From positions 1 through 17,302 of the forward strand of contig JBDZWC010000061.1 in NCBI GenBank assembly GCA_040256005.1: a stretch of DNA of 17,302 nt. Reading direction: 5' to 3'. The stretch comes from Deinococcaceae bacterium. Its GTDB lineage: Bacteria > Deinococcota > Deinococci > Deinococcales > Trueperaceae. The notes under the pieces were generated by a model. That model was given only the letters and a program-made list of their open reading frames with translations. It was not told where the DNA came from and ran no database searches. Below are positions 1 through 8,017 of the stretch, in pieces. How positions within the stretch are numbered: the first letter of the stretch is position 1; each line of letters starts with the position of its first letter. A program made the translations under genes and the position numbers.

Positions 1-11
1 CCGGAGCGACC

Positions 12-2105
12 TTGGCGTTGGCGGCGTTCGCCGTTGGAGCCCTCAGGCACGAGCTGTGGGAGGCGAGGTCCGACCCGGCGGCGCCGTTCCTCGAGCAAGA
101 GACGCGGTGGGTCGGGACCTACGACGGGGAGTGGTTCAGCGCTACGGAGCCGGTGGTGGCGCGGCTGGCGCCGGTCTTCCGTGAGCCGCTGCGGCCGGGG
201 ACACTCACCCTGATCGGTACCGCCACGCGGCCCCCTGGCAAGAGGAACCCTGGCGGCTTCGACTACGCTGCCTACCTGCAGCGGCGCGGCGTGACCGCTC
301 AGCTGTTCGTGGCCGAGGTCGTGGATGCCAGCCCGCGGTCCGGAGCCAGGCAGCGCCTGGCCAGGGGGGTCGCCGCCGGTCTTCCCAGCGAGGTCGCAGG
401 ACTGCAGCTGGCCATGACGCTGGGGCTGCGCGACGACCTCACCAGCGAGGACCGCGACGCGTTCCGCCGGTCCGGCCTGGCGCACGTGCTGGCCTTGTCC
501 GGGCTCCACTTCGGGGTGCTGCTGGCTGCAGCCGGGCGGGCGCTCAAGCCGCTCGGTCGCCATAGGCGTCCGGTGCTACTGGCGCTGATCGTGGGCTTCG
601 TCGCCCTGGTCGGCCCCGCTCCCAGCGTCGTGCGCGCCGCGGCGATGGCGCTGTCGAGCCTCCTCGCCCTGACGAGCGGAGTGGGCCGGCTCGAAGCGTG
701 GCCTGTGCTGGCGCTCTCTGCGTGCGTCTCGCTGTTGCTGCAGCCGCAGATGCTCTTCGACCTCTCCTGCCAGCTCTCGTACCTGGCGTTGGCGGGCCTC
801 CTGGCGTTCTCCGGGCCCATCGCCAGGGCGCTCGGCGTGCGGGACGCAGTCGCCGACCCGCTCCTACCGTCTCTGCCAGGCACGGCCAGCGCCGGCAGCG
901 GGGGCCGGCTGCGGCGCTACGCCGCGCTGGCGCTGGGGGCCAGCATCGCGGCGCAGCTCCCGAGCCTGTCCCTGGTGGCGGGCACCTTCGGCTCGGTCCC
1001 GGTGTTCTCGCCGCTCGTGAACCTGCTCGGCGTGCCGCTCTCGGCCCTGCTCGTCCCGCTGGGGTTCCTTGCCGGCCTGGTCGGCCTGGCGTGGGAGCCG
1101 CTCGCGGTGGCGGTGAACGCCTTCGTCCTGCCCATCGCACGTGCGCTCATCGGCCTGGCAGGCATGGGCGCGCGGCTGCCTGCTATCGGTTGGCCGCACG
1201 TCGAGTGGCTAGGGCACGTGTGCTGGGCAGCGTTCGTCGTGGGCCTATGGCTGGCAGCGCGCGGGCGCCTGCGCCCACGGCGCTTGATGGCGGTCACGCT
1301 GGTCGCTGTCGTCGTGCCCACGGCCGCGGGCAGCGCCCGGCCGCCGCCGGACGTGTGGTTCTTGGACGTGGGCCAGGGTGACGCCACACTGATCCGCTTG
1401 CGCGGCGGCTACGACGTGCTCATCGACGGCGGGGGCACCCCGTTCTCCGACTTCGACGTGGGTGAGCGCGTGGTGCTGCCGGCGCTACGAGCGCTCGGGG
1501 TCCGCGACCTCGACGTCGTCATCGCCACCCACCCGGACGCCGATCACGTCGAAGGGCTCATGAGCCTGCTGCGCGACTTGCCGGTCGGAACCCTGGTCAC
1601 AGGGCCGCCAACGCCCAGCATCCCGCTGGACACCCAGCTGCGTGACCTCGCGGCGGAGCTCGGGTTGAGCGTGCACGTCGCGGTCAGGGGTGAAGCGATC
1701 GTCCTCGGCCGTACCGGTGAGGCGCGCCTGGAGGTGCTGCACCCGCCGGCCGGCCCACCGGAGGAGCCGGGTAACGAGGCGTCGGTCGTGACGCTGCTCC
1801 GGTACCAGGGTCAGCCCGTCCTGTTGGCGATGGCCGACGCCGGCATGGTCACGGAGGACGACCTGGCGCTGGGGCGGGCGTACGCGTTGAAGGTGGGGCA
1901 CCACGGCTCGCGCTACAGCACGTCCGACGAGCTACTCGTCGCGACGCAACCTTCGTTGGCGGTCATATCGGTGGGTGAGAACCGCTACGGGCACCCGCAC
2001 CCCAGCGTGCTGGCACGGTTGGCGGAGCACGGCGTCCCGGTGATGACCACGCAGGCGAGCGGGGCAGTGAGGCTCGCCCTGGAGGGCACGCCCTGGAGCC
2101 GATGA
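12..2105 (+). CDS. comEC: DNA uptake channel ComEC/Rec2 (competence domain plus metallo-beta-lactamase domain); probably 5'-truncated by the window edge
   Basis: Motifs [31 protein letters not shown] and many TM segments. C-terminal MBL motifs [24 protein letters not shown] and NRYGHPH. The frame is open back to position 3, so the true start may lie upstream. Confidence 0.95.
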   Translation: MALAAFAVGALRHELWEARSDPAAPFLEQETRWVGTYDGEWFSATEPVVARLAPVFREPLRPGTLTLIGTATRPPGKRNPGGFDYAAYLQRRGVTAQLFVAEVVDASPRSGARQRLARGVAAGLPSEVAGLQLAMTLGLRDDLTSEDRDAFRRSGLAHVLALSGLHFGVLLAAAGRALKPLGRHRRPVLLALIVGFVALVGPAPSVVRAAAMALSSLLALTSGVGRLEAWPVLALSACVSLLLQPQMLFDLSCQLSYLALAGLLAFSGPIARALGVRDAVADPLLPSLPGTASAGSGGRLRRYAALALGASIAAQLPSLSLVAGTFGSVPVFSPLVNLLGVPLSALLVPLGFLAGLVGLAWEPLAVAVNAFVLPIARALIGLAGMGARLPAIGWPHVEWLGHVCWAAFVVGLWLAARGRLRPRRLMAVTLVAVVVPTAAGSARPPPDVWFLDVGQGDATLIRLRGGYDVLIDGGGTPFSDFDVGERVVLPALRALGVRDLDVVIATHPDADHVEGLMSLLRDLPVGTLVTGPPTPSIPLDTQLRDLAAELGLSVHVAVRGEAIVLGRTGEARLEVLHPPAGPPEEPGNEASVVTLLRYQGQPVLLAMADAGMVTEDDLALGRAYALKVGHHGSRYSTSDELLVATQPSLAVISVGENRYGHPHPSVLARLAEHGVPVMTTQASGAVRLALEGTPWSR

Positions 2106-2111
2106 TAGATT
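2103..2111 (+). promoter_or_regulatory. Candidate extended -10 (TGaTAGATT) for a leaderless or near-leaderless kinase transcript
   Basis: TG-n-TAnnnT in an otherwise GC-rich context, 8 nt before ATG 2120. It overlaps the comEC stop codon. Confidence 0.45.
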
Positions 2112-2119
2112 GTTCACAG

Positions 2120-2872
2120 ATGCTCCTCACCGTGCGCGTCCTGTCGGAGCACGGACCGGTGCGGGTAGAGCTCGCCAGGTGGCGGAACCGACTGGTAGTG
2201 GTCAAGAGCCTCCGCGGGTTCCATCCCGTCTTCAGCCAGCGCCTCGAGCGTGAGGCGGCGGTCCTGGGCAAGCTGCGGCACGACAACATCGTGCCGTTGC
2301 TGGGCGCCGAGGGCACGTCGCTCATCTACGAGTACTGCCCGGGCGTCACTCTCGAGGAGGCCCTCGAGCACGGTCCGCTCAGGCCCAAGCGCAGCCTCAA
2401 GATCGTCGCCGACGTCCTCAAGGCGCTCGAGTACGCCCATGAGCAAGGCGTGATCCACCTCGACGTCAAGCCGGCCAACATCCTGGTCAAGGGCGAGCGC
2501 GCGCTTCTCACCGACTTCGGTTTCGCGAAGGACCTGGGCCTCACCGCGATCACCAGCCAGGACATGATGATGGGCACTCCCAGCTACATGGCGCCCGAGC
2601 AGTTCCAGGGGGTGAGGACCGACCAGCGGTCGGACCTCTACGCCGCGGCGGCGGTGCTCTACCACATGCTCACCGGAGAGCCGCCGTACGGCAGTCAGGT
2701 CGTCAGGTACCTCGCCGGCGACGACAGGGTTCCGCTCGCACCGCTGCCCTCACATGCCAGTCCCTTCGAGGACGTGCTCATGGCAGCGCTGTCCCGCGAT
2801 CCCGCCGCACGGCCGGCGTCGGCGCGCGCGTTCCGGGAGCAGCTCGACGCGGTCGCCGGCGCGCCGGCGTGA
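2120..2872 (+). CDS. Hanks-type Ser/Thr protein kinase, stand-alone cytoplasmic catalytic domain
   Basis: VVVK lysine, alphaC Glu (LEREA), HLDVKPAN catalytic loop, DFG, GTPSYMAPE, SDLY and RP..A motifs; no TM segment. Alternative start is ATG 2102, overlapping the comEC stop (ATGA). Confidence 0.92.
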   Translation: MLLTVRVLSEHGPVRVELARWRNRLVVVKSLRGFHPVFSQRLEREAAVLGKLRHDNIVPLLGAEGTSLIYEYCPGVTLEEALEHGPLRPKRSLKIVADVLKALEYAHEQGVIHLDVKPANILVKGERALLTDFGFAKDLGLTAITSQDMMMGTPSYMAPEQFQGVRTDQRSDLYAAAAVLYHMLTGEPPYGSQVVRYLAGDDRVPLAPLPSHASPFEDVLMAALSRDPAARPASARAFREQLDAVAGAPA

Positions 2873-3861
2873 TCCTCTCGTTCAGCGGCGACCCCTTCCT
2901 CGCCAGACGTGCGGCGAAGCGTGCCCTGGCAGAACAGGGCCTCACCACGCGCGACGTCACCGAGCTGGGAGAGGGCATGACGCCGGCGGACGTCGTCCAC
3001 CTCGCCGGCCAGGGTGGCCTGTTCGGTCAGGTCGCGCTGCTCCTCGACTTCGGGGCCGCCTTCACCGGCCAGGCCGGGGTCAAGCCGCGCGACGAGATGA
3101 TGGCGGCCCTCTCCGAGCTCGACGGTTCCGCGCTGGTCGTCGTCGTCGACCCCGACGCGACCCCCGCGCGCAGGAAGAAGTGGTCGGCGCTCGGTGAGCA
3201 TCAGGAGCTGCCCACGCCTCGCTACGACGCCCTGCAGCGCTGGGTGAGACGTGAGCTGGAGGACGCGTCGTTGCGATACAGGCCCGACGTGCCCGCTACG
3301 CTCGCCGAGCTCTTCGGGGAGGACCCGGCCGGCATCCTCTCGGAGGTCAACAAGCTCAAGGCGTTGGACGAGGAGCTCACCGCCGAGCGCGTCAGGCAGG
3401 TCGCCAACCGCGCCGCCGTGCACGACGCGTTCGACCTGTTGGACAGCATCACCGCGGGCGACGGTGCGGGAGCGTTCGCGACGGCACGTCAGCTGCTCGA
3501 CGAGGGCGAGGCCGCCCAGCGGGTGCTGGCCGCGCTGGCGTGGCAGTTCCTGCTGCTGGCCAAGGCGGTAGCGCTGCGTGAACGGGAGCCGGACCAGCGG
3601 GCCGTCGCGCAGATGGCTCCGCGGGTGCTCAAGGCCAAGCCCTTCGTGGTGCAGAAGACGCTCAAGCTGGCACAGGGTCTGAGCGAGGACGACGTCAGGG
3701 CGGCGCTGGCGGCGCTTCTCGAGGCCGACGTGGCGAGCAAGACGGGGCGCGACCCCGAGTGGGCGCTGGAGTCCGCGGTGTTGACGTTGGCGGGTAGGTT
3801 CGCGGCGCCTGTCTCGGACCGGGGGCGGGGCGGACGGGTAGGCGTGAAGGGGCCGCGGTAG
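2869..3861 (+). CDS. holA: DNA polymerase III delta subunit (clamp loader)
   Basis: N-terminal G.DPFL, GLFG motif, 'E..KL', 'FDLLDSI..GD', 'PFVVQK' and C-terminal 'L.EADVASKTG....ALE', all typical of HolA. comEC-holA linkage is common. GTGA overlap with the kinase stop. Confidence 0.9.
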   Translation: MILSFSGDPFLARRAAKRALAEQGLTTRDVTELGEGMTPADVVHLAGQGGLFGQVALLLDFGAAFTGQAGVKPRDEMMAALSELDGSALVVVVDPDATPARRKKWSALGEHQELPTPRYDALQRWVRRELEDASLRYRPDVPATLAELFGEDPAGILSEVNKLKALDEELTAERVRQVANRAAVHDAFDLLDSITAGDGAGAFATARQLLDEGEAAQRVLAALAWQFLLLAKAVALREREPDQRAVAQMAPRVLKAKPFVVQKTLKLAQGLSEDDVRAALAALLEADVASKTGRDPEWALESAVLTLAGRFAAPVSDRGRGGRVGVKGPR

Positions 3862-3864
3862 CCT
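3859..3864 (+). promoter_or_regulatory. Candidate -10 box (TAGCCT) for leaderless meaB
   Basis: TAnnnT 7 nt before GTG 3872 with no clear SD. Its first three bases are the holA stop codon. Confidence 0.45.
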
Positions 3865-3871
3865 CGCAGGC

Positions 3872-4816
3872 GTGACGCTCGACCTGGCAAGCGACGACCC
3901 TCTGTTGGCGGGCGTCAGCGCCCGAGACGAGAGGGCGTTGGCGCGCGTGATCTCGCTCGTCGAGAGAGGCGGGGAGCGCGGCGACGAGCTTCTCAGGCGG
4001 CTGCGCCCGGACACGGGCCGGGCGGCCGTGGTTGGTATCACCGGCGCCCCGGGCAGCGGAAAGTCGACCCTCACCGACGCCCTGATCGAACGGTGGCGCG
4101 CCGACGGTCGGACCGTGGGCGTCGTCGCCATAGACCCCAGCAGCCCGTTCTCTGGTGGCGCCATACTCGGTGACCGCATCCGTATGACGCGCTGGTACGC
4201 GGACGAGGGCGTGTTCATACGTTCGCTGGCCACGCGGGGGCATCTGGGGGGCCTGTCGGCGGCCACCCTGCGTGTCGCGGCCGTGCTGGACGCCGCCGCC
4301 TACGACGTCGTCGTCATCGAGACGGTCGGCGTCGGCCAGTCGGAGGTGGACGTGGCCGACGCTGCCGACACGACGGTCGTGGTCCTGACGCCGGCAGGCG
4401 GCGACGCGGTCCAGGCGTTCAAGGCCGGGATCATGGAGGTCGGGGACGTCTTCTGCGTGAACAAGGCGGACCTGCCGGGCGCCGACCGGGTACGGCGTGA
4501 GGTGCGCGCGGCGCTCGACCTGGCGATGCCGGCGGAAGGCGCGTGGCGGGCTCCCATCGTCTCGACGGTGGCCGCCACCGGTGAAGGGGTCCCTGACCTG
4601 GTCAAGCGCATCGACGCCCACCGCGACCACCTCGCTGAGCGGGGCCTGCTGGAGGACGCCAGGAGGCGGAGGGTGAGGTCGGAGGTGCTCGCTTTGCTCG
4701 GGGCGGCGCTGCGCCGTGCCTGGGAAGCCAGGCAGGAGAGGGCCGTCACCGACATCCTCGCTGGGGTGAGCACGCCGGCTGCAGAGGTAAGGCGCCTGTG
4801 GGGTGAGCGCGGGTGA
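3872..4816 (+). CDS. meaB: Methylmalonyl-CoA mutase-associated GTPase MeaB/ArgK
   Basis: ALAR.IS.VE, P-loop GAPGSGKST, DPSSPFSGGAILGDRIRM, FIRS..TRG.LGG, IETVGVGQSE, Q..KAGIME and NKAD motifs. Confidence 0.95.
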   Translation: MTLDLASDDPLLAGVSARDERALARVISLVERGGERGDELLRRLRPDTGRAAVVGITGAPGSGKSTLTDALIERWRADGRTVGVVAIDPSSPFSGGAILGDRIRMTRWYADEGVFIRSLATRGHLGGLSAATLRVAAVLDAAAYDVVVIETVGVGQSEVDVADAADTTVVVLTPAGGDAVQAFKAGIMEVGDVFCVNKADLPGADRVRREVRAALDLAMPAEGAWRAPIVSTVAATGEGVPDLVKRIDAHRDHLAERGLLEDARRRRVRSEVLALLGAALRRAWEARQERAVTDILAGVSTPAAEVRRLWGERG

Positions 4817-4871
4817 CCCCGCACCCTCGCCGAGCGGTCTCCCGCGACCCGCCTGGACCGGTCACCGGCGT

Positions 4872-4877
4872 TACACT
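4872..4877 (+). promoter_or_regulatory. Candidate -10 box (TACACT) for a leaderless coaD-hslO-eamA transcript
   Basis: TAnnnT exactly 6 nt before ATG 4884, with no SD. Confidence 0.6.
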
Positions 4878-4883
4878 CGCAGA

Positions 4884-5375
4884 ATGGTCCACGCCGTGTA
4901 CCCCGGCAGCTTCGACCCCTTGCACAACGGACATGTCGACATCATCAGACGCGCCGCGGGCATCTACGGCAGCCTGACCGTCGCGGTCCTGGACAACCCG
5001 CTGAAGGCCGGCGCGCTGCTCTCCACACAGGAGCGCGTGGCCATCATCCAGGACGTCGTCGCGGGCATGAAGGACGTCAAGGTCGACTCGTTCGACGGCC
5101 TGTTGGCCGAGTACGCCGGGCAGATCGGCGCCAAGGTGATCGTGAAGGGCCTCAGGGCGATATCCGACTTCGAGTACGAGCTCCAGATGGCTCACCTCAA
5201 CCGGCAGCTCAACCCCAACGTGGAGACCACGTTCATCATGACGGCTACGCGCTGGTCCTACGTGTCCAGCTCACGGGTCAAGGAGATCGCCAAGTACGGC
5301 GCCGACGTGTCCAAGCTGGTGCCGCGCGCCACGCTGCACAAGCTCAAGGAGCGCTTCGCTCAGGCGACGGTCTGA
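4884..5375 (+). CDS. coaD: Pantetheine-phosphate adenylyltransferase
   Basis: AVYPGSFDPLHNGHVDII (HxGH), KGLRAISDFEYELQMA and SSS.VKEIA motifs. Start moved from 4803 to ATG 4884, where the family homology begins. Confidence 0.97.
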   Translation: MVHAVYPGSFDPLHNGHVDIIRRAAGIYGSLTVAVLDNPLKAGALLSTQERVAIIQDVVAGMKDVKVDSFDGLLAEYAGQIGAKVIVKGLRAISDFEYELQMAHLNRQLNPNVETTFIMTATRWSYVSSSRVKEIAKYGADVSKLVPRATLHKLKERFAQATV

Positions 5376-6367
5376 TGGGCCCGCTCTACCGTGCCATGGC
5401 CGCCGACGGCGGCATCAGGGTCGTGGCTGCCGACACCACGGACGTGGTGCGCGAGGCCGTGATCCGCCAGGGAGCCAGCCCGACCGCCGGGGCCGCGACC
5501 GGGCGCACCATGACGGCCGCGCTGCTGCTGAGCCACGTGCTCCTCAAGTCGCCCCGCGACCGCGTCACCGTGCGCCTCGACGGCGGCGGGCCGCTCGGGC
5601 GGGTCACGGCCGAAGCGGGCCTGGATCACACGGTGCGCGGCTACTCGCAGAACCCTGAAGTCGTGCTCCCGCTGCGCACCGACGGGAAGCTCGACGTGGG
5701 TGGGGCGGTAGGCACCCAGGGGGAGATCCGTGTCGTGCGCTCACACGCCCCGTACGGCGACCCTTACACGGGCAGCATCGCCCTGACCTCAGGCGAGGTC
5801 GCCGAGGACGTCGCCACCTACCTGGCGGTGTCCGAGCAGATACCCTCCGCGGTGCTGCTGGGCGTGCACTTCGACGGCAGCGGACGGGTGCAGGCGGCCG
5901 GCGGCGTGATCCTGCAGGCGCTGCCTGACGCCGACCCCGCGGCGCTGACGCTGCTGGAGGCGAACGTCAGGGAGCTGGGACAGCTCACGGAGGCCATGCG
6001 GCGGTCCCCGCTCATCGCTGTCGTCGAGCAGGAGCTGTGCTGGGGCCTCGACTTCGATCTCATGACGGACGAGCCGTTGCAGGTGAGGTTCGAGTGTCGT
6101 TGCACCGACGAGAGGGCTCTCCAGGCGCTGGCGTTCTTCACCCCCGAGGAGAGGCGCGAGATGATCGAGGAGGACGGCGGCGCCGAGGTCGTGTGCCACT
6201 GGTGCGGCGAGCGCCGCTGGATCGGCGGGGAGAAGATCGCGACCCTGCAGGGAGACGAGGTCCGCTGCCCCGAGTGCGGCACGCTGTGGCACAGGGAGGG
6301 GCAGCCGGCGATCATGCGCCAGGGTGAGCTGTGCTCGTGCGGCCGGCCCGTGGAGCTGCCCGACTGA
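5375..6367 (+). CDS. hslO: Hsp33 redox-regulated chaperone with an extra C-terminal Cys-rich extension
   Basis: SPTA..A.GR..TA, GGPLG....A...VRGY, GEVAED...YL..SEQIPSA, AAGG...Q.LP and the zinc switch CRC...CHWC. TGATG coupling to coaD. Confidence 0.95.
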   Translation: MGPLYRAMAADGGIRVVAADTTDVVREAVIRQGASPTAGAATGRTMTAALLLSHVLLKSPRDRVTVRLDGGGPLGRVTAEAGLDHTVRGYSQNPEVVLPLRTDGKLDVGGAVGTQGEIRVVRSHAPYGDPYTGSIALTSGEVAEDVATYLAVSEQIPSAVLLGVHFDGSGRVQAAGGVILQALPDADPAALTLLEANVRELGQLTEAMRRSPLIAVVEQELCWGLDFDLMTDEPLQVRFECRCTDERALQALAFFTPEERREMIEEDGGAEVVCHWCGERRWIGGEKIATLQGDEVRCPECGTLWHREGQPAIMRQGELCSCGRPVELPD

Positions 6368-7284
6368 TGGCCGTGCCCGTCGGCATCGCCCTGCTCCTGC
6401 TCGTGCAGGCTGCCATCTGGGGCTCCGCCTTCCCGGCCATCAAAGTGGGCCTCGTCGACCTGAGCGCGCCCCACTTCACCCTCCTCAGGCACCTCGTCGC
6501 GTCCATCACGTTCGTGCCGTTGCTGCTGGCGTTCCGCGCCCGGCTAGCGCCGCGCCGGGAGCACGTGCCGGCCTTCCTGGGCCTGGGCGCCTGCGGCTTC
6601 CTCGTCTACCACCTGGCGCTCAACTACGGCTCGGAGCGGGTCTCGGCCGGAGCAGCCAGCCTGATCATCGCCACGGCCCCGGCCATGACGGCCGTGTTGG
6701 CGTCCCTCATCGAGAGGGACCGCCTCCCGGTGATGGGTTGGGCAGGGTCGGCTGTGTCGTTCGCCGGCGTGGCGCTCATCGTGCTCGCCGACGGCAGGCA
6801 GGCGGCGGTGCAGGGCTTCTCCCTCTACGCCTGGTTCATCGTCATCGCGGCGCTGGCCACGTCGTTCTACGCGATCTACCAGCGCCGCCTGTTCGCCCAC
6901 TACCGCCCCATAGAGGTCGCCGCGTTCGCGACCTGGGCCGGTACGCTGCCCATGCTGGCCCTGGCTGCCGGCGTGACCGCCGACGTGGCGGCGGCCGGCG
7001 CCGGCTCGCTCCTCGCCGTCCTCTACACGGGCGTCCTGCCGTCCGCGGTGGCGTACACGATCTTCGCCATAGCTCTCTCGAAGGCGAACGTCACGGTCGT
7101 GACGGCGTTCCTCTACCTGGTGCCGGTGTTCGCGATCTCCACGGCGTGGGTGCTGCTGGGCGAGGTGCCGCCGTTGCTCACCGTGTTCGGGGGCGCGCTC
7201 GTGATCGCGGGCCTCGTCGTCCTCAACCTTGCGAAGCAGGGGGCGGCTCGGCGGGCGCGGACGTTGGCTCGGGCGGCTGGTTGA
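6367..7284 (+). CDS. DMT/EamA family transporter
   Basis: WGSAF..IK, R..VA, A.SLII...P, second repeat ending 'L.PVFA...AW..LGE' and about 10 TM segments. ATG 6367 overlaps the hslO stop (TGATG). Confidence 0.9.
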   Translation: MAVPVGIALLLLVQAAIWGSAFPAIKVGLVDLSAPHFTLLRHLVASITFVPLLLAFRARLAPRREHVPAFLGLGACGFLVYHLALNYGSERVSAGAASLIIATAPAMTAVLASLIERDRLPVMGWAGSAVSFAGVALIVLADGRQAAVQGFSLYAWFIVIAALATSFYAIYQRRLFAHYRPIEVAAFATWAGTLPMLALAAGVTADVAAAGAGSLLAVLYTGVLPSAVAYTIFAIALSKANVTVVTAFLYLVPVFAISTAWVLLGEVPPLLTVFGGALVIAGLVVLNLAKQGAARRARTLARAAG

Positions 7285-7882
7285 TCTTCTGGCCCAGGCG
7301 CCGCTCGGTGCCGGCCATGAGCCGCATGACGTTCTCACGGTGTCGATAGGTGGTCAGTACCGCCAGCGCCACGGCGAGGAAGAGGTTGGCGGTCGAGAAC
7401 GCGCCGCCGGCTATGACGAACAGCGGTAGCGCGATCATCCCCACGATGGAGCCCAGGGAGACGTAGCGACTGACGAGGATCGTCAGGATGCCGAGCACGA
7501 TCGACAGGACGGCGGTCGCCGGGTCCACGACGAGGAAGACCCCGATGCTGGTGGCGATGCCCTTGCCGCCCCGCAGCTTGAGCATCACGTTGAAGCTGTT
7601 GCCGACGACGGCTGACAGCCCGGCGAGGGCGACCGTCCACGTGTCGGTGCCGAACGCCGTGGGCAGCAGGGCGGCCACGGCGCCCTTGAGCGGGTCGAGG
7701 ACCATGACGAGCAGCGCGGGCACGACCCCGAGAGTGCGCAGGACGTTCGTCGCGCCGATGTTCCCCGAGCCGACCTCCTGGATGTTGACGCCCCGCATCC
7801 TCGCCACCAGGTAGCCGGTCGGGATCGTGCCCAGCAGGTAGCCGACGACCATGAACAGCAAGACCAGCGCGACGTCGATCAA
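7223..7882 (-). CDS. plsY: Glycerol-3-phosphate 1-O-acyltransferase PlsY
   Basis: GYLLG.IP.G, GSGNIGATNV.R, D..KG, RGGKGIAT..G, YVSLGS and HRENV.RL..GTE motifs. Likely TTG start at 7882 with GGAGG 9 nt upstream; the ORF track starts at 7903. Confidence 0.95.
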   Translation of the reverse strand: MIDVALVLLFMVVGYLLGTIPTGYLVARMRGVNIQEVGSGNIGATNVLRTLGVVPALLVMVLDPLKGAVAALLPTAFGTDTWTVALAGLSAVVGNSFNVMLKLRGGKGIATSIGVFLVVDPATAVLSIVLGILTILVSRYVSLGSIVGMIALPLFVIAGGAFSTANLFLAVALAVLTTYRHRENVMRLMAGTERRLGQKINQPPEPTSAPAEPPPASQG

Positions 7883-7969
7883 CTCAAGAAGCCTCCGGTG
7901 CAACGCGGGGTCGAGCGGCCGCCATGGCGGCTCTACCGATACGACGGTACCCGCCGCCGCGCCGCCACG

Positions 7970-7975
7970 ATTCTA
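7970..7975 (-). promoter_or_regulatory. Candidate -10 box (TAGAAT) of plsY
   Basis: The minus strand reads cggTAGAATcgtgg, one mismatch from TATAAT, about 90 nt upstream of the plsY start. Confidence 0.5.
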
Positions 7976-8004
7976 CCGATGCGCCAGAACCGGCACTCAG
8001 CGGT

Positions 8005-8010
8005 TAGCAT
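8005..8010 (+). promoter_or_regulatory. Candidate -10 box (TAGCAT) for the leaderless rhomboid gene
   Basis: TAnnnT 7 nt before the in-frame GTG 8018. Confidence 0.45.
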
Positions 8011-8017
8011 CGCGGAC

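Noticed and set aside
2695..4266. 523-aa minus-strand ORF, and other long shadow ORFs such as 12933-14531, 9362-10621, 8054-9127 and 8077-9165
   Set aside because: They fully overlap well-supported genes, are Arg/Pro/Gly-rich without motifs, and are expected in high-GC DNA where stop codons are rare.
4803..4883. N-terminal extension of coaD in the ORF track, with similar extensions for eamA 6331, rhomboid 7898, ACAD 9638, paaC 12920 and paaR 14901
   Set aside because: Homology, SD or -10 positions and stop/start overlaps support the downstream starts.
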